From Antarctobacter sp. (GTDB taxonomy: Bacteria > Pseudomonadota > Alphaproteobacteria > Rhodobacterales > Rhodobacteraceae), in assembly GCF_034670325.1 (NCBI RefSeq), contig NZ_JAXMNR010000012.1, forward strand, positions 16,350 through 80,349: a DNA stretch of 64,000 nt. The letters run 5' to 3'. A program made the translations under genes and the position numbers. Positions within the stretch are counted from its first letter, which is position 1; every line of letters starts with the position of its first letter. Below the pieces are notes generated by a model. It did not search any database. It was not told where the DNA came from and saw only the letters and a program-made list of their open reading frames with translations. Below are positions 48,105 through 57,711 of this stretch, piece by piece.

Positions 48105-49271
48105 TCAGAAGAATCGAGGGTCCAATGACAGCCCGCTTTTGCGGAAGGCAGCCATTGGATAATCGCGATCCTTCACAAGGCGTTCAAAGCAGAAATTTGG
48201 TTCCTGGACTCTGAGCTTGTCATAGAACCGCTCGCCTTCCCTCTGGTCGCCCTCGTGCGCGGCGAGCGCCAGCAGGTAACGCAGGGGCGGGCGGAAGTCC
48301 GGGCACAGGATATGCGAAGACCGGGCGTATTCCTTGGCCAGAGGGTAATTGTGTGTGACCACGCTGGTCAGGCAGCAGGCCATATCCAGCCATGGCTTCG
48401 TCACGCCGGCACCGCCGATGCGCTGAGCGCGGGTCGCGTAGCTGTGCGCCTTGTCCGGTTGACCATTGTAGATCGCGGCGGTGCTGAGAGCATCCCATGC
48501 CAGCGGATTGGCCGGGTTTATCGCAACCGCGTCCTGCGCGATCTGGGCACTGCAGTGCGGCGAATCTTCGAGGATCAGCAAAACCGACGCGGCCAGCGCA
48601 CAGACGTAGGAATTCTGCGCCTCGTCCTCCATTGCGTGGCGGGCAAAATCGGTGGCTTCGTCGGCGGTCTGTTGAAAGTCGACCGGGTGCATTTCGACGA
48701 CCTGCATCATGCGCAGGAATCCACGCCAGGCGGCATAGAGCCCGCGCGGCGCGATTTCATAGGCCCGCGCCAAAAGTCTGTCCGCCTCCAACATGCTGCC
48801 GGGAGTCATACGAAAGACGCGTTCCGCTGCTTGCAGGCACAGGAAATCCGCTGCGCACTGCGGGTCGGGGCGAGCCCAGATCTTGCGCGCCTGACTGCGC
48901 AATGCTTCGACGGAATCAAAGGCCAGCTTCTGAAACCCTGCGCCCTGAAAGACCGGGCCGCAGTCCACCTCAAGCGAACGGGTATTGGACCAGAGCCGGT
49001 GCTGCCCCAGCTTGCGTTTCCACATCACCCGAAGGGTCGAACTGTTGCCCGCGATCAGGTTTTCGACTTCGAGTTCGATGTCTTCGGGGAGAGCGCGGTC
49101 CGCCTGTGTGTCGGGGTCGCAGATTTCGACCGACATCAACTCTTGTAGCGACTGGAGGATCTGCGCTTCGAGCGTGCGGCGCACGAATTCACCAGAGGGA
49201 TCAGTGTCAGGCCGGGCCTGCGTGCTGATGCGCATTCGGCATCGCGGGCCCGGTGAATTGTCCGGCGGCAC
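48105..49271 (-). CDS. hypothetical protein, helical-repeat (TPR-like) C-terminal region
   Basis: 388 aa with Ala/Leu-rich repeats. No catalytic motif is recognised. It lies immediately downstream of the tyrosine recombinase. Confidence 0.45.
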   Translation of the reverse strand: MPPDNSPGPRCRMRISTQARPDTDPSGEFVRRTLEAQILQSLQELMSVEICDPDTQADRALPEDIELEVENLIAGNSSTLRVMWKRKLGQHRLWSNTRSLEVDCGPVFQGAGFQKLAFDSVEALRSQARKIWARPDPQCAADFLCLQAAERVFRMTPGSMLEADRLLARAYEIAPRGLYAAWRGFLRMMQVVEMHPVDFQQTADEATDFARHAMEDEAQNSYVCALAASVLLILEDSPHCSAQIAQDAVAINPANPLAWDALSTAAIYNGQPDKAHSYATRAQRIGGAGVTKPWLDMACCLTSVVTHNYPLAKEYARSSHILCPDFRPPLRYLLALAAHEGDQREGERFYDKLRVQEPNFCFERLVKDRDYPMAAFRKSGLSLDPRFF

Positions 49272-49375
49272 CGGGTGTCGCGTTTAGTTCCTGATTTCAA
49301 TTGAAGCAGTAAGCTGAAACTGAACCACTCGAATTTTACCTTAGCGTTTCACCAAAGCGTCAAGATTCCCGAACA

Positions 49376-50527
49376 TCACAGCCCTGCGGCTTTGGTCAGG
49401 TTCACCCGGAACCTGTCGCGCCTGCGCTGGTAGCGCCGGGTCATCTCGGCCGACGCATGTCCGAGTTGCTTTTGAACATAGCGCTCATCAACCTCTGCCG
49501 ACGAGGCGAGCCCTGCGCGTAAGGAATGGCCAGAGAACATTGCCAGCCGTTTGGCTTCCGGAAGATCGGATCTGACGCCACTCTTCAGAACGGTTGCCTT
49601 GATCAGTCGGGCTACGTGCTTGTCGGAGAGGCGAGTCTCGAGGGCACGTTTGCCGTCCCGCGAGGTGCGCACGAAGACCGGCCCAAAGTCGATCTTTGCA
49701 AAGTGTAGCCATTTCTCAAGTGCGTTGACGGGACAGGTCTGGTCGCTTGAGCCGCGCCCGACCTCGACCTCGCGCCACCCGGTTTTGGCATTTAGCGTTA
49801 GCAGGGCACCCTGTTCCATGATCTCGACCCAGCCACCGGAGTCCGGTGTGTCATCCTTGTGCACATCGAGACTGACGATTTCCGACCGCCGAAGACCGCC
49901 AGCATATCCAATGAGAAGGATCGCCCGGTCCCGGAGACCACGCAGATCGTAGGGCAGGGTGGCCACCATCGCCTGGATATCCTCCGGCAAGATCGCTTCC
50001 TTCTGGACCGGCGGGCGGGCGTGCTTGCGCTTGATCCCGGCCAGGAAAGTCGCGATGTGCCGATCCTTGCGATCGAGCGTGAACCCACGCTGTGAGTAGT
50101 TCCAGGACAGCCCAGAGAGACGGCGCTCGATGGTTGAGACCGAGAGAGCAGGGGTCTTCCCCGTCGATGCGGCAAGGTCGGCCATGTAAAGCCCCACCAT
50201 CTCGGGCGAGGGGGGCAGGGGATCCGTTCCTTTCAGCCGGCACCAGCGGGTGAAGTGTTTCCAGTCGGCGGCGTAGGCTTTGTTGGTGTTTTCGGCCGTT
50301 GAAGCTTCGGCGTATCCGCGCGCCGTATCGATCAGCCGGTCGAGGGTGCCGGAGCCGGCGACATGAGCAGGCAGGGCGATTGATGCACTTTCCACCTGTT
50401 CTCTCTCGTTGTGCTCGTCACCGTTCAGCGTGTCATCGGACGCTGAACGCGAAATCTCGTCCTCTGGGGCGTCGGAGCCCTCGATTCTGGTACTGTTATT
50501 TGTGAGACTGCCCATTTTTTCGAGCAT
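49376..50527 (-). CDS. tyrosine-type site-specific recombinase/integrase
   Basis: N-terminal SAM-like domain (NTNKAYAADWKHFTRWC) and C-terminal catalytic residues (R, HSLRAG, LGHAS, RRY). A ~70-aa low-complexity N-terminal extension precedes these. Confidence 0.8.
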   Translation of the reverse strand: MLEKMGSLTNNSTRIEGSDAPEDEISRSASDDTLNGDEHNEREQVESASIALPAHVAGSGTLDRLIDTARGYAEASTAENTNKAYAADWKHFTRWCRLKGTDPLPPSPEMVGLYMADLAASTGKTPALSVSTIERRLSGLSWNYSQRGFTLDRKDRHIATFLAGIKRKHARPPVQKEAILPEDIQAMVATLPYDLRGLRDRAILLIGYAGGLRRSEIVSLDVHKDDTPDSGGWVEIMEQGALLTLNAKTGWREVEVGRGSSDQTCPVNALEKWLHFAKIDFGPVFVRTSRDGKRALETRLSDKHVARLIKATVLKSGVRSDLPEAKRLAMFSGHSLRAGLASSAEVDERYVQKQLGHASAEMTRRYQRRRDRFRVNLTKAAGL

Positions 50528-50641
50528 ATCATTTTTAGGTCCGATAACGCAAGGTTATTGGGCGTATAAATGCTCGGCAAAGAGGGGCGGTTTTTACACT
50601 ATGTGGTAGTCAAAAGCGCCGCCGCAAGATAGTGTTGTGGC

Positions 50642-51397
50642 ATGACATATGCCCGGCCAACCTTCGACAGCGACCCTCTTAGCTTACCCCAGATGCCGCC
50701 CTGGGTCACCTCGGCACGCGCCGAAACCCTTGAAGACGTGGCGTTTTTGTCGGGCGCAGCACTGAACCACCTGCATCTTGTGTTAAGATACGATCCAGTC
50801 CCCCAGGCCTTGCTGCGGGACAAGCTCGCGCTGCGTGCGACGGAGGCTTGTGTCGCGTTTTCCGGGCGACCGGAGCGGGCAGGGGAGCTGCGTGACGTGG
50901 TCCATCTGCTGCGCCCCGGCGACCTGCCCGGCCCGGCAGGCGAAACCTGTCTGGCGTGGCGTCGCGCCACGGAAAGGCCGGTGACCGTGAAAGCTCTGGT
51001 CCGGGCGCTGCCTGAACTTCAGGGTGATCAGATCGCGAGTTGGCTCGATGCCGGGCAGGGGGCACCGGTCAGTCGCGCGGCAATGGTGCTGGAGACGGTA
51101 CTAGACGATGCCCCCCGTGCCGAGGTACCCGCGCTCGTCCTTGCTGACGCGACCCTCGCTCAGGGGCTTGGTTGGGATCATGTCGTGCCGCTTCTGGCCG
51201 CAGGCCTGAAACGCGCCGACATGCGCAAGCGAGGCGAAGACCTACGCTCGGCTTGTCATCGTGCGCTCGTCTCATCGGCGGTCGATGCCGTGCGTCTCTC
51301 AACTCACCTCGCGCGGCGGGCAGCGCATCTCAAAGCGGTCGCACCGAACTGGAAGCAAAAGGCAGCGGCCGCCTGCGCCGCGTCTTGGTCGACTTGA
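50642..51397 (+). CDS. hypothetical Ala/Leu-rich protein, divergent from the recombinase (possibly DUF1403-like)
   Basis: 251 aa. No motif is recognised. The family assignment is a recollection only. Confidence 0.4.
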   Translation: MTYARPTFDSDPLSLPQMPPWVTSARAETLEDVAFLSGAALNHLHLVLRYDPVPQALLRDKLALRATEACVAFSGRPERAGELRDVVHLLRPGDLPGPAGETCLAWRRATERPVTVKALVRALPELQGDQIASWLDAGQGAPVSRAAMVLETVLDDAPRAEVPALVLADATLAQGLGWDHVVPLLAAGLKRADMRKRGEDLRSACHRALVSSAVDAVRLSTHLARRAAHLKAVAPNWKQKAAAACAASWST

Positions 51398-51683
51398 CAT
51401 GATCTCAACCGCCATCGGATGGGTGGAGGTCGGGCGCTAGATCGCCGGAAATTCCGCGAGCGACGATCAGATTTGAACCTTGTGACCATTCCGCGCCGGT
51501 TTCCGAGACACACATTTACCCACAGAGTTGGCACGAGGTAGTCATCGTCGCCCGGAAAGCCGGACCACAAGAACATATGACCGGACAACGCGCCGCGATC
51601 GTTGAATCTGATGTTCCATTGGAGAACGGCAGATCGCCACCCGCATGCAAATTTTCGCCGATCCCCGCCCTTGCGGATCAAAG

Positions 51684-51698
51684 TTAACCTTACGTTAA
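51684..51698 (+). promoter_or_regulatory. perfect CtrA-box TTAA-N7-TTAA (TTAACCTTACGTTAA)
   Basis: Lies 44 bp upstream of the ATG at 51742 (AAAGGAGG RBS). ctrA itself lies 1 kb downstream. Confidence 0.5.
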
Positions 51699-51741
51699 TC
51701 GCTGCAACTCAAATTATTCGGAAATCCTAAAGGAGGCCGAA

Positions 51742-51954
51742 ATGACGATGGACCCACACGAACTCATCGCGCGGGCCGAGCACTCCGCCGACCGTTGCGA
51801 CGCCTATGGATTTTGCGGCACGGCCCAATCTCTGCGCGCTCTGGCAGAGGCAATCCAAGACAGCACTCGGCTATTGGAAAAACGCTATGATGCCAGGGCG
51901 CAACACCTCCAACTCCTGCAACTCATGCAACCACAGACACACCCCCAAGATTAA
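51742..51954 (+). CDS. small hypothetical protein (70 aa)
   Basis: Strong AAAGGAGG Shine-Dalgarno; a CtrA box lies upstream. No homology is recognisable. Confidence 0.45.
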   Translation: MTMDPHELIARAEHSADRCDAYGFCGTAQSLRALAEAIQDSTRLLEKRYDARAQHLQLLQLMQPQTHPQD

Positions 51955-52022
51955 CCCCACGTTTACCCACAGCCTTTAGCGCTGGTTGTACCTGCAACGA
52001 TGGATCAACCACGGAGGCCGCT

Positions 52023-52244
52023 ATGTCCACGCTGTATGACGATATCATGTCTCTACTTCATGAAGCCGGTGCCTTCGCGGAAAATGGCAAAGAGAAGGGC
52101 GTCGCTCGTTCGGTTCGAAACGCACGCCAGATTGCTGAAACCGAGTTTCTTTGGGACCCGGCGAAGCGTCTTCCGGTCAAGCGCAGCGCCAACTTGGCGG
52201 CAAGACACGGCAATTCATCACAGTGGCTTGAAGCGTCGCGCTGA
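52023..52244 (+). CDS. small hypothetical protein (73 aa)
   Basis: GGAGG Shine-Dalgarno 7 nt before ATG. No homology is recognisable. Confidence 0.4.
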   Translation: MSTLYDDIMSLLHEAGAFAENGKEKGVARSVRNARQIAETEFLWDPAKRLPVKRSANLAARHGNSSQWLEASR

Positions 52245-52740
52245 ACGACTGAACTGTATTTCAATCGAGAAGGCGAGTGGCCGACACTTACACCCGTTCC
52301 GCCTACGGCACGCCCGCCAGAGGTGTTCGCGCCATAGCTGAGTGGACGATTCAGAGTTCACTGCACCTGGTAGCTGCGCAAAGAGTTTCCGCGAGCAACA
52401 AACGCAAAATCGCTCCCAGGTCGGAACGACGAACGGTCGCCTAACATTTGGCGAGATACCGAACCGATCGGGCTGGAACACACCGCGCCACCAAACCCAA
52501 CTCCTGTAGGCAGTCCGCACAAAGTACGAAGTTTTTATGCCCTCGCGGGGTCATACACACCAACTACCAAAAGACCGAAGTGAACAACAGCAAAGCACCA
52601 CCAAGCCCAGCCCAAACATCACAGCAAGAACCGGACGACGCCACCAAGGCGGCGCTCGATTTTCGTTGGCAGGCATAAGATCAAACGATTGGCGCGTCGG
52701 GCCAGAACCCTTCACACTTGGTTGACCCAGCACTGACGGT

Positions 52741-53457
52741 TCAGGCGGCTGACTGTTCGGACTTGCATTCGATCATCAGCGGCTCAGGATCGTTCAGCCT
52801 GTAGCCTCGCCCCCAAACCGTTTCGATGGATTTCTCGCCGCCAGTCGCATCTGACAGCTTCTTGCGGAGTTTGCAGATAAACACGTCGATGATCTTGAGT
52901 TCAGGTTCATCCATGCCGTTGTAGAGGTGATTCAAGAACATCTCCTTCGTCAGGGTCGTGCCCTTCCGAAGCGAAAGCAGCTCGAATATCTGATACTCTT
53001 TGCCGGTCAGGTTGAGCGGTTTCCCAGCGACTTCGACAGTCTTGGCGTCGAGATTGATATCGACTTGCCCAGTTTTGATGATCGACTGGGCATGTCCCTG
53101 AGACCGCCGGACAATGGCAGTGATGCGGGCGATCAGCTCGTCGCGATGGAACGGCTTGGTCATGTAGTCGTCAGCGCCTGTGCCGAACCCCTTCAACTTG
53201 CTTGTGGTGTCGTCATCCCCGGAGAGGATCAAAATGGGCGTGTTGACCTTCGCGAGCCTCAGTTTCCGCAGCACCTCATGACCGCTCATATCCGGAAGCC
53301 CCAAGTCCAAAAGGATGAGGTCATAGTCATACAGCTTCGCCAGATCGATGCCGTCCTCACCAAGATCCGTCGCCTCGACGTTCATGTTTGCTGTCTGTAG
53401 CAACAGTTCGATGCTGCGGGCAGTCGTCAGATCGTCTTCGATAAGAAGCAAGCGCAT
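52741..53457 (-). CDS. ctrA: cell-cycle response regulator CtrA (OmpR family)
   Basis: High identity by eye to canonical CtrA (IELLLQ ... [51 protein letters not shown] ... [50 protein letters not shown]). Start at MRLLLIEDD with an AGGAAC RBS. The ORF extends to 53481. Confidence 0.9.
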   Translation of the reverse strand: MRLLLIEDDLTTARSIELLLQTANMNVEATDLGEDGIDLAKLYDYDLILLDLGLPDMSGHEVLRKLRLAKVNTPILILSGDDDTTSKLKGFGTGADDYMTKPFHRDELIARITAIVRRSQGHAQSIIKTGQVDINLDAKTVEVAGKPLNLTGKEYQIFELLSLRKGTTLTKEMFLNHLYNGMDEPELKIIDVFICKLRKKLSDATGGEKSIETVWGRGYRLNDPEPLMIECKSEQSAA

Positions 53458-54158
53458 GTTCTGGGTTCCTGTTGTTAGCATCTTGACAAAATTAATACTT
53501 TGTCACAAAAAATGGTTAACGATCCGTGAATCTTGGGATCTCCAATCAATCAAGAGGCATCGCGAAGGTTAGATCCCGAACATCACTCCAAGGGCGACGA
53601 TCCAGGTCCAAGCCGCCCATGACGTTGGCTCCGACGCCAGCGTCACATGGAGCGTGACGCAAAGAGGACGGAGAGCCGACAATCGCTGCGGATGCGATCA
53701 TTCAAACCAATTGCGCAAAAGCGGACCTTCACCTTGTGCATTGCTATCCGAAGCCATTTGCCAAAGTCCGCGGCGCGAAGCGCACCAAGCTACGGTGACA
53801 CTCATTGATCACGATGAAGTTGAAGAAGTCGAGCAGGTAACCTTGGAAGATGATAATCTCGTCGCCGGTCGTGACGTGCCAGGACATCTTAAAGGGGATC
53901 CAGGCACCCGATAGCGCCTAAAGGCCATCTGTGCCAATCTTTCGTTCTGCTCGCAATTCTTCTCTTAACGATCATCAAGTTGCCGAAGCAGCCTAGCGAC
54001 CAATGCCAAAAAAGTGCATACTAAATGTGCAATAAACGCAGGTTCGAAACCATGGATTGTGATCTCAATGGAATTTGATGCCGCAACACCGGTGCTGACC
54101 TGCCACGGGATTTTTCCTCCACCATCGATTAGAGTCCGATCCAACTTGAGGACGGACA

Positions 54159-54425
54159 ATGAAGCGAACGAGATTTACGGACGAGCAGATCATCGGCATC
54201 TTGGCCGAGCATGAGGCCGGCGCGAAGTGCGCGGACCTGTGCCGCAAGCACGGCATGTCGGAAGGGACTTTCTACAACTGGAAGGCCAAGTTTGGCGGCA
54301 TGACAGTGCCGGAGGCAAAGCGGTTGAAGGCGCTTGAAGACGAGAATGCCAAGCTGAAGAAGCTGCTGGCCGAGCAGATGTTGGACTTGGCGGCGATGAA
54401 GGAACTGGTTTCAAAAAAGTGGTAG
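54159..54425 (+). CDS. IS3-family transposase OrfA (HTH)
   Basis: [48 protein letters not shown], with a leucine zipper. Typical IS3 OrfA. Confidence 0.85.
   Translation: MKRTRFTDEQIIGILAEHEAGAKCADLCRKHGMSEGTFYNWKAKFGGMTVPEAKRLKALEDENAKLKKLLAEQMLDLAAMKELVSKKW
54413..54419 (+). other. programmed -1 ribosomal frameshift site (AAAAAAG) joining orfA to orfB
   Basis: A6G heptamer located in the orfA/orfB overlap, as in IS3/IS407-group elements. Confidence 0.6.
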
Positions 54426-55348
54426 CGCCTGCCGTGAAGCGCGAGGCAGTCGCGCATCTGAGGTCCTTGCTCGGGCTCTCGGAACGGCGGGCGTGCCGGA
54501 TTGCCGGGGCGGATCGTAAGATGGTCCGTTACCAGGCGCAGCGTGCTCCGGATACGGAGCTGCGTGGCCGTCTGCGCGAACTGGCCAACGACCGTCGACG
54601 GTTCGGCTATCGGCGGCTCTTCGTGCTGCTGCGCCGCGAGGGCGAGCCGTCCGGGATTAACCGGATCTATCGGCTCTACCGCGAGGAAGGCCTGACGGTG
54701 CGCAAACGGAAGGCCCGGCGTAAGGCGGTCGGAACACGGGCCCCTATCTTGGTCGAAGCCCGTGCCAATGCGCGCTGGTCGCTGGATTTCGTCCATGACC
54801 AATTCGCCAGTGGCCAGCGTTTTCGGGTGCTCAACGTGGTCGACGACGTCACCCGGGAATGCCTCGCGGCGATCCCGGACACCTCAATCTCAGGACAGCG
54901 TGTTGCCCGTGAGCTTTCGACCCTGATCGAGCGGCGCGGGAAGCCCGGCATGATTGTTTCGGACAATGGGACGGAGCTGACCTCGAACGCCATCCTGCGG
55001 TGGTGCTCCGAGAACAGGGTCGAATGGCATTACATCGCGCCTGGAAAACCAATGCAGAATGGCTTCGTGGAGAGCTTCAACGGGCGGATGCGCGATGAAC
55101 TGCTCAATGAAACCATGTTTCGCAACTTGGCCCACGCCCGGGTTGTGATCTCGGCCTGGGCCACCGACTACAACACCGAACGCCCGCATTCGGCTTTGGG
55201 TTACGAAACCCCGGCCGACTACGCGCGGACTCTGACCACCGCAATCGCCCGCCCCGCTGCGCGAGATGAAAGCTCCGCGCGTCGGGCGATTGCTCAACCT
55301 GCGCCAATCGGCGTAAACAACCCTTGGACTCCGGTCGCGGCTGGATGA
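54419..55348 (+). CDS. IS3-family transposase OrfB (DDE integrase core)
   Basis: DDE rve domain (WSLDFVHD ... [10 protein letters not shown] ... [12 protein letters not shown]). Confidence 0.85.
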   Translation: MVAPAVKREAVAHLRSLLGLSERRACRIAGADRKMVRYQAQRAPDTELRGRLRELANDRRRFGYRRLFVLLRREGEPSGINRIYRLYREEGLTVRKRKARRKAVGTRAPILVEARANARWSLDFVHDQFASGQRFRVLNVVDDVTRECLAAIPDTSISGQRVARELSTLIERRGKPGMIVSDNGTELTSNAILRWCSENRVEWHYIAPGKPMQNGFVESFNGRMRDELLNETMFRNLAHARVVISAWATDYNTERPHSALGYETPADYARTLTTAIARPAARDESSARRAIAQPAPIGVNNPWTPVAAG

Positions 55349-55420
55349 AAGACCCGTGGCAGGTCAGGATTTGCTCGACATCATTAAAATTATGAAAATC
55401 AAGGCGTTAACCAAGGCTTG

Positions 55421-55510
55421 TGGCGGAGACGAAGGGATTCGAACCCTCGAGACCCTTCCGGGCCTACTCCCTTAGCAGGGGAGCGCCTTCGACCACTCGG
55501 CCACGTCTCC
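55421..55510 (-). tRNA. tRNA-Ser (anticodon GCU), class II with a long variable arm
   Basis: The reverse complement reads GGAGACGTGGCCGAGTGGTCGAAGGCGCTCCCCTGCTAAGGGAGTAGGCCCGGAAGGGTCTCGAGGGTTCGAATCCCTTCGTCTCCGCCA. Confidence 0.85.
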
Positions 55511-56055
55511 ACCGACGCGTATAGCCAAGTGAATAATGGGATTACAAGGCGAAACTGCCTTTAACCGCAAAAATCTCCCTACCGGTAAAAAATCGCTCAA
55601 AGTGCACCCAGAGGCCCTTAAAGGCACCAAATGTGGGCAAGATCTGGTCAATTTTTCCTACCCAAAAAAGTGGCTTCAGCACCCTCACGCACCTCGGAAA
55701 CAACCCGTTCGAGGCGGCCTTAAGCAGGAGATACCCGCAGCGGCAGAGACAAGCGCGGAGGCGTGTTTGCCGACCGTTTTCCGATAGTCACAGAACAAGC
55801 CGAGGCCCTCGTAATGACAAACACACTTGCCGTCACCCGGCTCTGACAAAGCCACGATGCCTGAAATTGAAACCTATCTGAGGGTGAAGGCTGCCAAACG
55901 CTGCGCTCTGCAGATGGACCTGTCGCGCTTTCGTGCCGCCCCAAGTGCTCGTTTAAGTCACCGTGCGTTCGAATACGACAGGGCTGTTCCAGCCCAGTGC
56001 TGAGTGGCGATGTCGCGGGAAAAAGAACCCATTGATGAATCCGAAGATCAAAATC

Positions 56056-56800
56056 TCAGCATGTCTGCACGCTGGCTTGCAGCCGGTTCCGCGGACATGG
56101 GGTGAATTCCCGCGTCCTTCCGAGATCACACACCGTCACTGACGACGGTATTGCCGCTGCCGTCGATGAAGAAGGTGGCGGAGCCGGAGAGCGAGTTCCC
56201 GACAAACCCGTCTTTGCCGAGATAAACCTTTTTGCGAAAGCCCGGGACTTCGATTGTCCCGGTGCAGCCGTTTCCGTCCGTGTAGATCGTTCCAAGGATG
56301 GAGGCGTGCGTACTGTCGCCGGTGACGGCAGCGCTTGGCTGGACGTGACCACAAGGGACGCCCGAGGAAGCAACAGGAATTCGTCACCAGTGTCGAGGGT
56401 GACACCTGTAGTGCTGCTGTTAGCAATCGAGGTAAGGGGTCTTTGAGATTCTTTCGAATTGGAATTTTTGCGGCCATCGCTGTCGCCAAGTGAGACCCAC
56501 GGGATGGACAAGGAAAACGGAAAGAGTGGGCAATCCCCGGCGGCCGTGGGCACACATCGGTATTGCACGCCGTTACGTCGCCGAATTGCGTCAGGCCAGA
56601 GAAACAGGACAACTCGCCCGATAGCACGAGGCAAAAGGGCGAGCGTTCACCTGAAGTCGAACGTTCTTGGGGGCCTCTACAGCACGAAATCATCCGTTGT
56701 CAGGCCGGTGACATTGGCGATGCGGATTTCGGCGTCCATGGTGCCGTTGCCGTCCACGATCTGTTGACGCCGCAAGCTGGAACTGTCTGCAAATACTGGC
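56056..56800 (-). pseudogene. decayed fragments of a secreted repeat (RTX/calcium-binding-like) protein
   Basis: Minus-strand translation gives ...QIVDGNGTMDAEIRIANVTGLTTDDFVL* ending near 56690, and GTIYTDGNGCTGTIEVPGF... around 56150-56400 interrupted by stop codons. No intact ORF. Confidence 0.4.
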
Positions 56801-56809
56801 AGCCAACGG

Positions 56810-57271
56810 TCAGGATATCAGCCGGCGACGCAATCGCTCGTCCGGAATGGCGCACATGTCGGTGCGCCCCAGACGATAGCGGTTGCGCGCAACCCGGCGG
56901 TACAGCCACTCTCGAAGCGGCCTTGGGAAGATGCGCATGACCGAGGCTATCCGCGCCGGGCCGCCCAATGCCTCACCAATCCGTATGATCGCCTCCATGC
57001 CGGACCACGCTTGGCCGTCCTGCAACAAAAGCCAGGTTTCCGGGTCTTCAGGATCAAGTCCGTAGTGCGCCACAAGCGCTGTTCCCGTGGCGGATTGCAC
57101 CGGACAGATCCGAAACTTCTCATCGCGATCGAGCCGCGCAATGGTCCGCGCGCCCCACGAACATAGGGCGCAGTCGCCGTCCATCACCGCCACGGGGCCG
57201 GCGTCGTCGAAGACAGGCACCTCAGGGTCTTGACGGTAGGAATAATCTTGCCGTTCGATAGGTCTGGCCAT
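56810..57271 (-). CDS. DCC1-like thiol-disulfide oxidoreductase family protein (DUF393)
   Basis: CxxC motif in VMDGDCALCS. ~150 aa. Confidence 0.6.
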   Translation of the reverse strand: MARPIERQDYSYRQDPEVPVFDDAGPVAVMDGDCALCSWGARTIARLDRDEKFRICPVQSATGTALVAHYGLDPEDPETWLLLQDGQAWSGMEAIIRIGEALGGPARIASVMRIFPRPLREWLYRRVARNRYRLGRTDMCAIPDERLRRRLIS

Positions 57272-57711
57272 CGCTTATTTCCTGTCGTTGTTGAGACTAG
57301 CCTAACGCGACCCATCCAGAAGGGAAACGATGCGCCTTCCTCCGAAGGGAATGAGGGATCGTGCCCATTGAACCTTGGGCACCGCAACCCGCAGTGCCCG
57401 CCCGCATGTCTGGTATGGCGCTCATTTTCGGAAAGGGGCAAGGATAGCAATGGATTGCCGGGTGATTTAAACTGCAAAGGCTCTCCGGGTAGGGCCCAAA
57501 TGTAGTGATCTGGACGGATGGCACCGGACTGCGTCTGCCGCCAAGGCGCGGCTGGTCGGGGTGGGTGTCCGCGCGCTGAGCCAGACCGGCTGAAATGCGG
57601 GTCAGGGGCTTTCGGACCGATCGCCCCCATGGGGGTACGCCCCTTTCCGTCCCGGCAAACCGTCGCTAAATGGCCCTTGGAATACAACAGAACGGTCCGG
57701 TCGCTGCAACA

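Larger units (their letters stand above)
54086..55366 (+). mobile_element. IS3-family insertion sequence (1281 bp) with 14-bp terminal inverted repeats TGACCTGCCACGGG
   Basis: IRL at 54086-54099 and IRR at 55353-55366, perfect and starting TG. orfA and orfB overlap at an AAAAAAG slippery heptamer. No clear target-site duplication. Confidence 0.85.

Noticed and set aside
49376-52244. Possible integron (integrase divergent from short cassette-like ORFs)
   Set aside because: The recombinase lacks the IntI-specific extra domain and has a long N-terminal extension instead. No attC-like imperfect inverted repeats with R''/R' cores were found after the small ORFs.
53654-53914. 86-aa plus-strand ORF between ctrA and the IS3 element
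   Set aside because: No RBS, atypical composition, and it lies in a region that looks like decayed sequence. The opposite strand also shows fragmentary protein-like frames.
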